A stretch of DNA of 64,000 nucleotides from Candidatus Obscuribacteraceae bacterium (GTDB taxonomy: Bacteria > Cyanobacteriota > Vampirovibrionia > Obscuribacterales > Obscuribacteraceae). The first letter of the stretch is position 1, and the number at the start of each line of letters is the position of its first letter. Shown piece after piece: positions 31,112-40,905 of this stretch. The notes below the pieces were generated by a model. It saw nothing but the letters and a program-made list of their open reading frames with translations, was not told the DNA's origin and did not search any database. The position numbers were made by a program, and so were the translations under genes. The stretch spans positions 320,001 to 384,000 of the forward strand of contig JBGAHS010000003.1 in NCBI GenBank assembly GCA_044226015.1, in the 5' to 3' direction.

Positions 31112-32473
31112 ATGATGAATCAATTCGAAATTCGAGTCAAGCACAGATCACCAGCATACAAACGGGCAATGCACGCGTTCGCCGTATTGTTTCCAATATG
31201 GGGCGTCATCTTGCCAATCATGCTGACGCTGTTTGTTCTGCTTCTCTTGCGATTGCCGGCCAATTTGCACTGGTTATACGCAATTGGAATAATATTGGCT
31301 CTGCTAGGAAGCATCGGAATATGCGCATTTTTTGCCCTGGTTTGCGATGATGATTGCCTGCGCATCACCCACGAGGGAATTCAATTTCCGCTGCGATTTG
31401 CCGCAGGACTTCGAGGGAAATTGTACCGTTCATGGGACGAACTAGCGGTGCTAAAACTGCGATGGGCAGGGTCACTTGATTTCACGCCGAACGAGTTTCT
31501 CGGACTTATTTTTAGTGATGGCGGAGCAATGACTATCAACTTGCGCCACTTTGATCGCGAGGAACTGCAGCAATTACTAACAGCCGTAAAAAACTGCGGC
31601 AAGAGCTGCGAGCTAGACCCAGAGTTCATGTTACTTGCACGAAAAGGCTTTGAGGCAACGCCTCTGAAAGAACGAACAGCGTCCGAGACGCTGCAGCCTT
31701 CGGCTTTTGGTGAGTTCGGAATGAAGTATGGTGCTCGTTCGACCATTGTGCGATGGTTCTCTGAATATTGGACCCCTCTCGACAAAATGCTCGCCCCCTG
31801 GCTGCTCGTCGGAATCTTGTGTGCACTTCTGGTATACGGACCACAGCTGTTACTGAATTTGACAAATTTTCTGCCAATAGAACAGCTAGGCAATTCAGGT
31901 GCGTCAATCATGGCGCACAACACACTACTGGCGGTGGCATCGCTTGCTCTTGCGGCAGCAGTCTTCAAGGTCCTCATTCCATTGCTAAAGCCGACTCATC
32001 TTATAGTAAGTCAGGACGGCATCCAGAAAGTTTGGGACCGAGGACTAGTATGGCAGGGTCGCATGTTACCCTGGAGTGACGTTCTGAGCAGCTATGTACT
32101 AAGCCGCGGGCGCATTACTGATGATTGCAAACTTGTTTTCGCAACTGCACAGAATGCCCGCGCCTTCTGTATTCACAATGCTGAATTGGCCGACGATGAT
32201 TCGCGAAAGCTATTTTCCAATACGCTGAGTTCGCTTGCAAGCAAGTTCAATATTGCACCCGACGTTTTCGAAGTGTTGATTCCACAACGCACTCTAACAT
32301 TAGGAGAAATGTGGGACATCGCAATGGACAACGAAGCAGCGCCAGAGTCGAAGACAGAAGCAGCTCCAATGCAGCTCGACGACGCAGTGTCAATTCCAAT
32401 CGGCGAAGCAGCCCCAGTGCAGCAACCTGCCGAAGCTATCAGCGAAAAGATTTCCGAGAAGGATTCCGACTAG
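31112..32473 (+). CDS. Membrane protein with two TM-pair + PH-like modules, no kinase domain
   Basis: 4 TM segments; motif similarity to the juxta-kinase regions of 4817 and 7862. Confidence 0.75.
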   Translation: MMNQFEIRVKHRSPAYKRAMHAFAVLFPIWGVILPIMLTLFVLLLLRLPANLHWLYAIGIILALLGSIGICAFFALVCDDDCLRITHEGIQFPLRFAAGLRGKLYRSWDELAVLKLRWAGSLDFTPNEFLGLIFSDGGAMTINLRHFDREELQQLLTAVKNCGKSCELDPEFMLLARKGFEATPLKERTASETLQPSAFGEFGMKYGARSTIVRWFSEYWTPLDKMLAPWLLVGILCALLVYGPQLLLNLTNFLPIEQLGNSGASIMAHNTLLAVASLALAAAVFKVLIPLLKPTHLIVSQDGIQKVWDRGLVWQGRMLPWSDVLSSYVLSRGRITDDCKLVFATAQNARAFCIHNAELADDDSRKLFSNTLSSLASKFNIAPDVFEVLIPQRTLTLGEMWDIAMDNEAAPESKTEAAPMQLDDAVSIPIGEAAPVQQPAEAISEKISEKDSD

Positions 32474-32569
32474 TTGCGCAAGAAATTCGCAGTTCCGACT
32501 GAAATCAATTGAAGCAAAATCAATCACTCCGCATTTCTCCCATAAATTCTGCGGTGAAACCAGCCCAGA

Positions 32570-34072
32570 CTATTTAGATTGCATGACAGGTGAGGCAACG
32601 GTAATGTCCCACCAGGGTCCAGCAGAACCGTGAGTGAGGGCGTGCCAATACCAAGCCGATACATCACTCCACGTGCGTCCTTGTTCATCGTGCAACTGTT
32701 CGAGAATCAGATAACGAGCACTTCCTTTGCAGGCATGAAACGAACTCCACATTGACCCGTCGAGCGCTTTGAAGAGTGGCTGCGGCTCAATGCTATAGCC
32801 CATTCCCTTAAAACAATCACTGCTCGGATGAAGCTGGCGAGTTTCTTTGCTCACCACTCTCACAAAATAGCTATTTGTACCATCAGTAAAGCGGCGCATC
32901 TGCCCCGGGAAATCTGCTGCGAACGCCCTCTCTTCGCTGAGAGATGGAACTGCAGTTATTTTATGACCCAATATAACCGTTGGCCATTGGGGCTCTGGCA
33001 AGACAAGAGTGTGACTGACCGTACTGCTCGCAAAAAATGGAACCAATGCAGCGCAGACACAAAGCAAAGCAGTTGAACGAAACCGAACGCCAACAAATGA
33101 CCCCTCATCAGGATTCAAGGATGCAGGCAACTCAGCCTCTATGTTCGAAGAGTTCGAGCTGATATCGACATTCGTGCTGATCTCGACATTCGTACTGATA
33201 TCGACTTTCGTGCTGATATCGACTTTCGTGCTGATATCGACTTTCGTGCGATCGGAAGACAGCTTCTTAGCCAGAAGCGCAGTTGCAGCCAGAGCAAGCA
33301 TCAACGCGACCAGCCCTGCCCCCATATGCACGGCTGGCTCATGCACAATTATTTGCGCCCCAAATGCCGAAACCTGACAAAAGCAATCGAACAAAATGAG
33401 CGCAACTGCTCGCACCGAATTAGCTAACAAAACCAAACTAATCGAAGCCAGCGTCAATATTGCCGTTCTTCTTACGCCAGCAACCTTGAAATAACACGCG
33501 AGCAACATGGTGAAAAAAAGCTGAACCCACAACATGCTGATACCACTGCACGGCGCGTCGATGGAAATTGGTCTGCCATCCACCAGCAGAAGTGTTCCCT
33601 CTTGAGCTGAGTGTATTCCGAAGCAGGCGAGAATCAACTGAGCGACTTTTGACACCATGAGCCGCAACGGGTATCCAGCAAAAAAATTTATTGACGGAAC
33701 AACCGGCAACGACAGTAGCAAAAGTCCCAAGATGCCCCAACGCCAGGACACCGTGACACCTGCAAAAATCCAGTACCAGAGCACACAAACCATCAAGACG
33801 CCCTGCACCATATGCGGTGCGAGCCCATAACTTAGTATATACAGAACAATCAGTGCGCACGCAACCAGGTGATGCTTGGCTCCACTAACCTTTATGTCGG
33901 CTCTACTGGCAAAATAGACGGCGCTAATCAGAGCAAGCACGCCCCACGGTTCATCGGATCGGTCGAAGGTTCTCTGGATGTACCAGCCACAAACCGGCCA
34001 GAACGCAACGACCAACAAGACTGCTTTGGCGCTTAGCGCGTTTAAGCGTGACTGAATCTGCGCTTTATCCAT
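32570..34072 (-). CDS. Exosortase/archaeosortase family protein with C-terminal extracytoplasmic domain
   Basis: Cys-Arg-His triad: IDAPCSG, LANSVR, VHMGAG; multiple TMs. Confidence 0.88.
   Translation of the reverse strand: MDKAQIQSRLNALSAKAVLLVVAFWPVCGWYIQRTFDRSDEPWGVLALISAVYFASRADIKVSGAKHHLVACALIVLYILSYGLAPHMVQGVLMVCVLWYWIFAGVTVSWRWGILGLLLLSLPVVPSINFFAGYPLRLMVSKVAQLILACFGIHSAQEGTLLLVDGRPISIDAPCSGISMLWVQLFFTMLLACYFKVAGVRRTAILTLASISLVLLANSVRAVALILFDCFCQVSAFGAQIIVHEPAVHMGAGLVALMLALAATALLAKKLSSDRTKVDISTKVDISTKVDISTNVEISTNVDISSNSSNIEAELPASLNPDEGSFVGVRFRSTALLCVCAALVPFFASSTVSHTLVLPEPQWPTVILGHKITAVPSLSEERAFAADFPGQMRRFTDGTNSYFVRVVSKETRQLHPSSDCFKGMGYSIEPQPLFKALDGSMWSSFHACKGSARYLILEQLHDEQGRTWSDVSAWYWHALTHGSAGPWWDITVASPVMQSK
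33158..33248 (-). repeat. 18-bp coding repeat (T(K/N)V(D/E)IS x5)
   Basis: GATATCGACTTTCGTGCT-like units. Confidence 0.9.
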
Positions 34073-36453
34073 GCCACCCCTGCCATGATCATCGTCGCGC
34101 ACAAAACTAGCAGCCACATTGGTGGTTCTGGCTTCACGGGAATAAGCCCTCCGGCAAAGCCTGCGGCATCTGAAAAAGGTGAATTCTGTTGAGCAGATTT
34201 CGCAGCAATCGGCGCCTTACTGGCAAATTGCTTAACGCCATACTTGGCGTAGTCGGTGCTGTGTTCTAACACCAACGCGCTGGTCAGAGGCGTTACAATG
34301 CCAGCTTTCTGGGCGAACGCACCAAGCTCTGCAGTTCTACTGGAGTCGCCCAAATTTTTCAAAATCATTTGATTTACAAAAACTTGCGCCAACTCATTAG
34401 GATGTTTTGCCGCAGGCGCTTGCACGCTGCCTGCAGCCTCGATTGAGCCTGCCATCACTGTCACAGGCAGCTTGCCAGACAACTTGCCGAAAAAATCTTT
34501 GAGATCAGACTCTGTATCTTTAAGAATTCCAATTTGGTACAAGTTTGATGAACGGTCTAATGAGCGAACTAATTCATTTGGAGCGGGGCTCACTTGATAT
34601 TCAAACAACTTACCATTGTACCGGCCAAGAGCAGCTGGCAGCCCTTCGCTTGAGAGTTTTGCAGGTTGCGGGCCATGAATCCACACAACGTTTGCAGCAT
34701 CGCTGCGGTTTATTTCCTGAAGAGCAAGCATTAGAGCTTGAGCATTGTCTTGCCCGCCGACGCAGCCAGCATCGCGAAGGTTTGAAACTGCTGAGTGCCA
34801 AGCCAGCGATTTTGTATTTACATGAGAAACAATGACCTGAGGACTGTCCGACGCCCACACAAGGGTTGCATCGGCAAAATCCATTTCCGAAAGCGAACGG
34901 CACACAGCATCCACATACCCCGACATGCTCGAAGACCCATCGAGAACAACGCATACTGGCGCTGCTTTCTCAACGCTTGAACTCTGCAATTTCTCTATCA
35001 GGTCAGTGCCTTCAGAAAAATATGGAACGCTAGCAGAGACTTTCACAAATTCAGGATCACGCTTAAGTTGAATGGTGCCCTCAGAAGAACGAATCGCACT
35101 TTCACTTAGCTCTTTCTTAATCTCACGAGTAGCACCAGAAGCAGTGGCAGCGAGATTGACGGAATGCGCTGCTGTCACAGCAAAATTCCTTTCCGCAAAG
35201 ACAGGCAATCGCAGCGCTGCTGAATCTTTCTGGACAATGGTCACGGGAGAACTCAAGCCAAGCTCTAGGTCGACATCATTTCCCCACCAACCAGTCGATG
35301 ATTGAATAAGCACACGCCCTGGTCCTGCAGTAGACACCATAAATGGGCGTTCACCCTGGTTTGCTGATGTTTCATAAGCTTGACGTGTAGAGTCCCTGCT
35401 ACCAAGAATTGCATTGTGCTTGACTCCACCAATCCATAAAGAGCAGCCATTCACAACCGCCTGAGGAGGCAAGAGAATTTCCGCACGAAGCTCAGCTCTT
35501 GAGTTGTTTGAATGCTTAAAGTGCATACGCCAGTTCATATGCGATATGCCTTCGTCCGAATCAACCCATCCATCGATATTAGACTTTGTAAGAGTCAACG
35601 TTTTCACGATACCGCCTACGGTGGCTCCTGCAAAATCGTGGTCTCCCCACCAGTCTATTTCGTCATCCCATGAATAGTAATACTGTGTGCCCGAAGGACG
35701 TTTTACAGAATTAAACGGCTGCCCGGTTGCGCGATAATAATTCTCTCGCGCCAGCAATCGCGTCGCACTTGGCTGTTCGCTGTAATCTGAGTTCAGTTCG
35801 TTAGCAATCATGAACCACCAGGGCAATGAAATGTGCTGATCGTAACAAGCGCGAAGCATGGCGTCGTTATCGCCAAAAGCCCGAAGAAGCAGAACCGCCT
35901 GCTTCCGAGTTGACTCTGTGCCTGCTGCGTTAAGACATCGGTCAGTCAATAGCGCTGGAAAAACAGCAGCAAGTACCAGAGTAAGCGTAAAAGCTGCTGC
36001 TGCTCCCAATGGCATGAATGGAGAACTCGAATTTTGCTTGAGCGAACGAAGGCGGTGTCGCATTGCCAGAACCGTGTAAATAGGTCCGATAGCGACCATC
36101 AGGTGGTACAGACAGAAAAAGGAAATAGGCACCGATAAGGTCATAGCTGCTATTGTGGCTCCAATGCAGGCAAGCACGCACAGCGGTGACAGCACTATTG
36201 TCAACAATATCGAAACCGCGAGAGCCACGCTGTTCAAAGCACTTAGAACAAAGAGCATCTTGCTGCTAATGCCTGTTTTAGCAAGCAGCAAGACAGATAT
36301 ATTGGAAATTGGAATCAAGAGAAGCGGCCAAAACAGCGCCAGCATGCCGCTTTGCTGCGCACAGACCTGCAACGTTGACACGGCGTAGAACGTGCAAGTA
36401 GCTATACCGAAAACCCAGTAGACAGTTCCTGCCAGCCAAGCCGACTTCTTCAT
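34042..36453 (-). CDS. Multi-TM + VIT + vWA protein with PEP-CTERM-like sorting signal
   Basis: N-terminal TMs; ELRAEILLPPQAVVNGCSLWIGG (VIT-like); VVLDGSSSM (MIDAS DxSxS); VTPLTSALVLE; KPEPP-TM-KRR tail. Confidence 0.85.
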   Translation of the reverse strand: MKKSAWLAGTVYWVFGIATCTFYAVSTLQVCAQQSGMLALFWPLLLIPISNISVLLLAKTGISSKMLFVLSALNSVALAVSILLTIVLSPLCVLACIGATIAAMTLSVPISFFCLYHLMVAIGPIYTVLAMRHRLRSLKQNSSSPFMPLGAAAAFTLTLVLAAVFPALLTDRCLNAAGTESTRKQAVLLLRAFGDNDAMLRACYDQHISLPWWFMIANELNSDYSEQPSATRLLARENYYRATGQPFNSVKRPSGTQYYYSWDDEIDWWGDHDFAGATVGGIVKTLTLTKSNIDGWVDSDEGISHMNWRMHFKHSNNSRAELRAEILLPPQAVVNGCSLWIGGVKHNAILGSRDSTRQAYETSANQGERPFMVSTAGPGRVLIQSSTGWWGNDVDLELGLSSPVTIVQKDSAALRLPVFAERNFAVTAAHSVNLAATASGATREIKKELSESAIRSSEGTIQLKRDPEFVKVSASVPYFSEGTDLIEKLQSSSVEKAAPVCVVLDGSSSMSGYVDAVCRSLSEMDFADATLVWASDSPQVIVSHVNTKSLAWHSAVSNLRDAGCVGGQDNAQALMLALQEINRSDAANVVWIHGPQPAKLSSEGLPAALGRYNGKLFEYQVSPAPNELVRSLDRSSNLYQIGILKDTESDLKDFFGKLSGKLPVTVMAGSIEAAGSVQAPAAKHPNELAQVFVNQMILKNLGDSSRTAELGAFAQKAGIVTPLTSALVLEHSTDYAKYGVKQFASKAPIAAKSAQQNSPFSDAAGFAGGLIPVKPEPPMWLLVLCATMIMAGVAWIKRRFSHA

Positions 36454-36607
36454 ATGTTCATCCTTAGGGGTCAGTTCACATTATTGCGCACGTACATCAA
36501 GGTTGGGTTGATTCAACGTTAACAGAATGCAAATTAATCTCTTGAGACAAATACAAGATCCGATCTTGCTCAGCTATAAAAACGAAGTACATCCAGGCAA
36601 AGCTTAG

Positions 36608-36674
36608 CGATAAGTTCTGGCGCCTGGTGATGGGTTCTAGCGCCTGGTGATAGGTTCTAGCGGTCAGTTCTAGC
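36608..36674. repeat. 20-bp tandem repeat (~2.5 copies) spanning a stop codon
   Basis: GTTCT(A/G)GCGCCTGGTGAT(A/G)G. Confidence 0.75.
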
Positions 36675-37232
36675 AGAAGACGAGTCTTCGCCGACACCGG
36701 ACCCTTTGGCTTTGATTTTATGTGAGAAGTAAACGGGACTTCCAGCCTGCTCCATTTTCAGCGGACGCCCATTGTCACTTGATGCCCAGCCAACGCATTC
36801 GTCGTCACCGTCAGTCATTATCACAATGAAGCCGCCTGGTCCTACGTAAGAATCAGGGACTTGAGGTATTCCATTTACTGTCGGAATAGATTTAAAGCTT
36901 GGGTCAACGCCCATCGCAAAGTTATGAAAAATGCGATACTGACCATCGCTTTTGGGCGTATCAGTGCTTGAAACATCACTCATTGAAACAGACTTGTACA
37001 AGCTTTGCAGGCATTCATCAATCTCCTGCGTACTTCGAGGGTAATGGTCATGACTGTTTCCATAATTCTTCATAGCAGTGCCAACTTCTCGTAATTGGCG
37101 GAAAAGGTCTGCCAGCCCTAGCGCTGCGGGGTTAGCAATTTGTTGAGGCTGCGCTAAAGCAGAGCATTGCGTAAGCGCGAGCAAACCGTATGTTAATAGA
37201 ACTGCGAATGCCATAGGTCTTGATTTACGCAC
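36657..37232 (-). CDS. Secreted hypothetical protein, pilin/pseudopilin-like core
   Basis: Signal peptide ending ALA; QLREVGTAMKNYGNSHDHYP. Confidence 0.7.
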   Translation of the reverse strand: MRKSRPMAFAVLLTYGLLALTQCSALAQPQQIANPAALGLADLFRQLREVGTAMKNYGNSHDHYPRSTQEIDECLQSLYKSVSMSDVSSTDTPKSDGQYRIFHNFAMGVDPSFKSIPTVNGIPQVPDSYVGPGGFIVIMTDGDDECVGWASSDNGRPLKMEQAGSPVYFSHKIKAKGSGVGEDSSSARTDR

Positions 37233-37498
37233 GCCTCGTTCTCCGTCACTGATATACGTGGACTATACCCAAAATTCGAGGACAAAGTCGAAGCAGTGTC
37301 GCTGGTTGAGAACCCACAGCTGATACTCAACTGCAGAAACTGAATCTCTCAAACGATATTTTGCAATGCAGCATGCTCGAAGGACTGATCACGCGAGAAG
37401 AGCTGATCATCGCGAGAAGATCCGTGCGACAATCGTGTTGCATCTAGGAATAAAAACTTCGTACAAGAATAAAACCAGAACACCGAAGGAATTGAACC

Positions 37499-38113
37499 AT
37501 GGCAAAAACAGCCTCAGCATCAAGTCAAACAGCATTGAAGAATGTGCGAAAAATTTGCCTTGAACTGCCGGAAACAACAGAAACAATGACCTGGGGCAAC
37601 CCACATTTCCGGGTAAAAGATAAGATATTCTGCGGCTTTAATGACGAAAAAGGTGAGAGCAAAATTGGCTTCAAACTTGAGATGGGTCACGCTCAGGCAA
37701 TCATTCAAGATCCGCGATTTTGCCCGGCACCTTATGTAGGGCACAAAGGCTGGGTATCAATGACTCTGGAGAAAACACAAGACTGGCAAGAAGTACGAAA
37801 ACTTGTCCGCGAAAGTTATTACTTGATAGCACCAAAGAAACTAGCGAAGCAAATGTTAGAGACAGATCTGGCAGAGGAAGGTCAAACAACAGGCAAGACC
37901 ATCACCCGCAAGCCTGCAGCAAAAGGCGCTGACAAATCTGCCACAGCCAAAACCAGTAAAAAGACAGCAAAGCAGACCGCTACCACATCACTCTCAAAAG
38001 CAGCAAAGCCGACAAGCAAAACAATTGCTTCCAAATCTCGCTCCAAGACCTCCAAACCCGCAGGCAAAGCCACTGCAACTAAATTGATAAAGAAGTCAGA
38101 CTCATTGCGGTGA
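37499..38113 (+). CDS. MmcQ/YjbR family protein with Lys/Ala/Thr/Ser-rich tail
   Basis: TWGNPHFRVKDKIF, PAPYVGHKGWVS, LVRESYYLIAPKK. Confidence 0.88.
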   Translation: MAKTASASSQTALKNVRKICLELPETTETMTWGNPHFRVKDKIFCGFNDEKGESKIGFKLEMGHAQAIIQDPRFCPAPYVGHKGWVSMTLEKTQDWQEVRKLVRESYYLIAPKKLAKQMLETDLAEEGQTTGKTITRKPAAKGADKSATAKTSKKTAKQTATTSLSKAAKPTSKTIASKSRSKTSKPAGKATATKLIKKSDSLR

Positions 38114-38338
38114 CGATCCTTCACGGTCTTTGATTGCACAAAGAATGCGTAGAAATTCGGAAAACCTGTAGGCAGGTATGTAGTAAAACAAAGCGGTTCA
38201 AATAAAGATGGCAAAAAGGCCCTAGCTGCATCTCAGACCGTTCAAAAAACGGTGACCTCCACAACATGTACCTTGCGGCATGAAAACCAATGCGCTAGGT
38301 TATATAAAATAGAATCCATGTAGAGGTTCGGCAAAATT

Positions 38339-38845
38339 ATGCGTTCTGAGATTAAGGCTTTCGGGTTTGCTTTAATTGTTGGTCTTGTGCTATTTACTTT
38401 TCTCGCTGCTTTTGTTGAATTCTCTGGCGAAAAACACACCTCCCAGCAAAGCCAAGCACGGAATTGTATGAGGCAAGTTCAAACATGCATTGAATCTTAC
38501 GCACTGCGGCATTCCGGACACTTTCCATTATCCGCGGAGGTAGTGAAGGAATCACTATGTTCAAGAAATGGACATTTTCCAGAAAATCCCTTGTCCAAAA
38601 ACACTAATTATTTGTTCACCATTGATGCACCGAAAGTTGATCAGATCCTGAAGGGTGACCTGCAGCAAATTTTAGAACTATCCACCCCCGGAAGAATAGC
38701 TTATGGAGTAAGTTCCGACAGTCAAGCTTACGTTGTAATCGGGTATGACGATGAAAAGCATTATAGTAAGCCGCTGAGAGGCATAGGACAAAGAGTTCTT
38801 GCTTTAACTGACAAAAATCACAACCTTCAGTTGCAATTGCGATGA
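38339..38845 (+). CDS. Membrane-anchored pilin/GspG-like protein
   Basis: N-terminal TM; NCMRQVQTCIESYALRHSGHFP..PENP; no G|FxxxE site. Confidence 0.6.
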   Translation: MRSEIKAFGFALIVGLVLFTFLAAFVEFSGEKHTSQQSQARNCMRQVQTCIESYALRHSGHFPLSAEVVKESLCSRNGHFPENPLSKNTNYLFTIDAPKVDQILKGDLQQILELSTPGRIAYGVSSDSQAYVVIGYDDEKHYSKPLRGIGQRVLALTDKNHNLQLQLR

Positions 38846-38944
38846 TGACCCTAGTTCCGGACCGGACTTGATTAGGCGCAAGTGTAATTGGAGTTTGGCA
38901 TTGAATCAAAATCCGGCTGGCAATCTTGCGATTGCGCCAGTGAT

Positions 38945-39739
38945 TTATGGTTGTTCAACTTCGATTGTTGGTCGCGGGCGCTTCAAAAGGTCGCCCAGTG
39001 AAACCATTGACAATGCAGCTGATCTAGGCTTCGCTTTCTTGTTGATCACTACAGAATAGCGAATCAGATCTGAAGGAGCGACTGTGCCAAAGCCTGCTTT
39101 CTCGAAATTTGGATTTGTAAATGATGGCGCTGTTGGTGCTGATTGTGGTGGCATGGTCGGCACACTGATCGCCGTCGGAACGGGCGCTATGTTTTGAACC
39201 GGCACCGGAGCTGTAATACCAGCGCTCCCGATTGAAGGCGCTAAGGAGGTATTGGTTGATATTAACGTGAAACTACCGGAGCTGAGAGCAGCAACGTGAA
39301 GCGAGCCCGCGGTAGTCAATGAGTTTGAGCTTGGACTTAAAATGGTTACGCCCGGGACAGACCCACCACCACCAAAGGGCGTGTTCAAGACGCCGCCACC
39401 AGAGGGCGTGTTCAGGACGCCGCCACCAAAGGGTGTGTTCACGACAGCGCCACCAAAGGGTGTGTTCACGACGACAGCGCCACCAAAGGATGTGTTCACG
39501 AGGGCACCGCCACCAGAGGATGCGTTCACGACACCGCCACCGGTTGGATGGGCAGTGGATCCTCCTGGCAGTGTGATTGTCGTGCCACCTGGCAATGTAA
39601 TACTTCCCGCGGTCGGACCATGTACTGTAATGCTTCCTGAAGGTGTCGAATTCAGAGTTATTCCTTGCGCCAGTGAGCTCGGCGAAATTCCGCAGAGCAG
39701 AGTTAAAGCCAAAAGAAATGCATAGTCTTTCTTCGCCAT
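38945..39739 (-). CDS. Secreted Gly/Thr/Pro/Ser-rich low-complexity protein
   Basis: Signal peptide ending SLA; GG(G/A)V(V/L)NTP(F/S) repeats. Confidence 0.75.
   Translation of the reverse strand: MAKKDYAFLLALTLLCGISPSSLAQGITLNSTPSGSITVHGPTAGSITLPGGTTITLPGGSTAHPTGGGVVNASSGGGALVNTSFGGAVVVNTPFGGAVVNTPFGGGVLNTPSGGGVLNTPFGGGGSVPGVTILSPSSNSLTTAGSLHVAALSSGSFTLISTNTSLAPSIGSAGITAPVPVQNIAPVPTAISVPTMPPQSAPTAPSFTNPNFEKAGFGTVAPSDLIRYSVVINKKAKPRSAALSMVSLGDLLKRPRPTIEVEQP
39368..39545 (-). repeat. 27-30-bp coding repeats (~6 copies)
   Basis: GCCACCA(A/G)AGGG(C/T)GTGTTCA.GAC units on + strand. Confidence 0.85.
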
Positions 39740-39750
39740 TTATTCCCCAC

Positions 39751-40428
39751 TTACTCAGTCAGAACAGAGTAATTTCCATGACCGCTTGTGGCGTGCCCCA
39801 AGCAGGCAGCCATCTTGAGTATCTTCCCATACAATACCTTGTCTTGCTTATTAGGGCAATGCGCGAGTTTATTCAGGATGGTGTTTTGCTTAATCAAGCT
39901 TGCAGGCAGAAACTCTGAGTGGACAAGGATTCCACCCGATGATAGGTTGTACAAATTCGAGTTGCGTCGTATCAACATATCCTTGCTCATCGCCGCATGC
40001 AACGCGCTTTCATTGGGCGCTATCACTATCTCTTCGCCGGAACTTAGATTTAATACTTTTTGCTTTATGCAGACCTTGGTCGACGCACGTTTCTCCTCAA
40101 ACATATTTCGCACTTTTACAACTTCTTGCTTCTCGTGACTAATCAGAGCAATGGTGCCTTTCTTGAGGAGCAGCTTGTATTGATTTGCACACAGTTCCGT
40201 TTGCTTTTCCGCAAACACGAGAATTTCACCAGAGCTTAAATTCAAACATGATTTTTCGTTTGCGAGTTCCGCATTTTCGGATTTTCTGATAATGCAGCCC
40301 CTAATCCCTTCGTCTTGTTTTGAATTCTCTGTTGCGCTGGAACTGCTGCCCTGAGCGGAACTTCGCTCGCTAACGAGGGCGCAAAAAAACAGGGAAATCA
40401 AAAGGCTGAAAAATATCTTGTCTATCAT
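39751..40428 (-). CDS. Secreted FecR-like-domain protein homologous to the C-terminus of the 2122-aa protein
   Basis: Signal peptide; LSSGEE, RRN, HSEF, KMAA, HGNY match the giant protein's tail. Confidence 0.8.
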   Translation of the reverse strand: MIDKIFFSLLISLFFCALVSERSSAQGSSSSATENSKQDEGIRGCIIRKSENAELANEKSCLNLSSGEILVFAEKQTELCANQYKLLLKKGTIALISHEKQEVVKVRNMFEEKRASTKVCIKQKVLNLSSGEEIVIAPNESALHAAMSKDMLIRRNSNLYNLSSGGILVHSEFLPASLIKQNTILNKLAHCPNKQDKVLYGKILKMAACLGHATSGHGNYSVLTE

Positions 40429-40614
40429 TGCAGAAGCGTCTGAGCAAAACGTACATTCTATTATTCGAACGCAATCAAGCGAGGTGAACTCCGATTATTA
40501 TTCCAGATAACCCCGTAAATCACTCTCGCGAACACGCTTCAAGCAAATTGAAAATCTTGCGGACTGGCCAGGTTCGCTTGCGACGGTCCATCTACTCAGG
40601 CGCTAATATCTTTC

Positions 40615-40845
40615 TTGCAAACCGTATCCAAGGTGCTAGACGATTCTCACCTACCGATTGATATTTACTTTTTTGATTCTGAAAATCCAGACTTCGTCGA
40701 TTTGCTCGAAAAGGACGATCTTCGTTGCCACGGATATGGCGAGCTATTTTTTATTTCCGAAGGCAAGATAATTCACTCTGACAGAGGGATAAAGACTGGG
40801 TATCGAATGCAAGAGATAGATTGCTTTCAGTTTTTACTTCTTTAA
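40615..40845 (+). pseudogene. Possible degraded thioredoxin-like fragment
   Basis: IYFFD..HGYGELFFISEGKII; frame opens ~20 codons upstream after a TGA, no good start. Confidence 0.3.
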
Positions 40846-40905
40846 TTGCGCACTGCCGGTTCGTCTATCACTGCAAACTCCGGCTCCAGGTCGTAACTGT
40901 CAACA

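Noticed and set aside
27496..36674. Short repeats at 27496, 33158 and 36608 as CRISPR arrays
   Set aside because: No unique spacers, units too short, no cas genes
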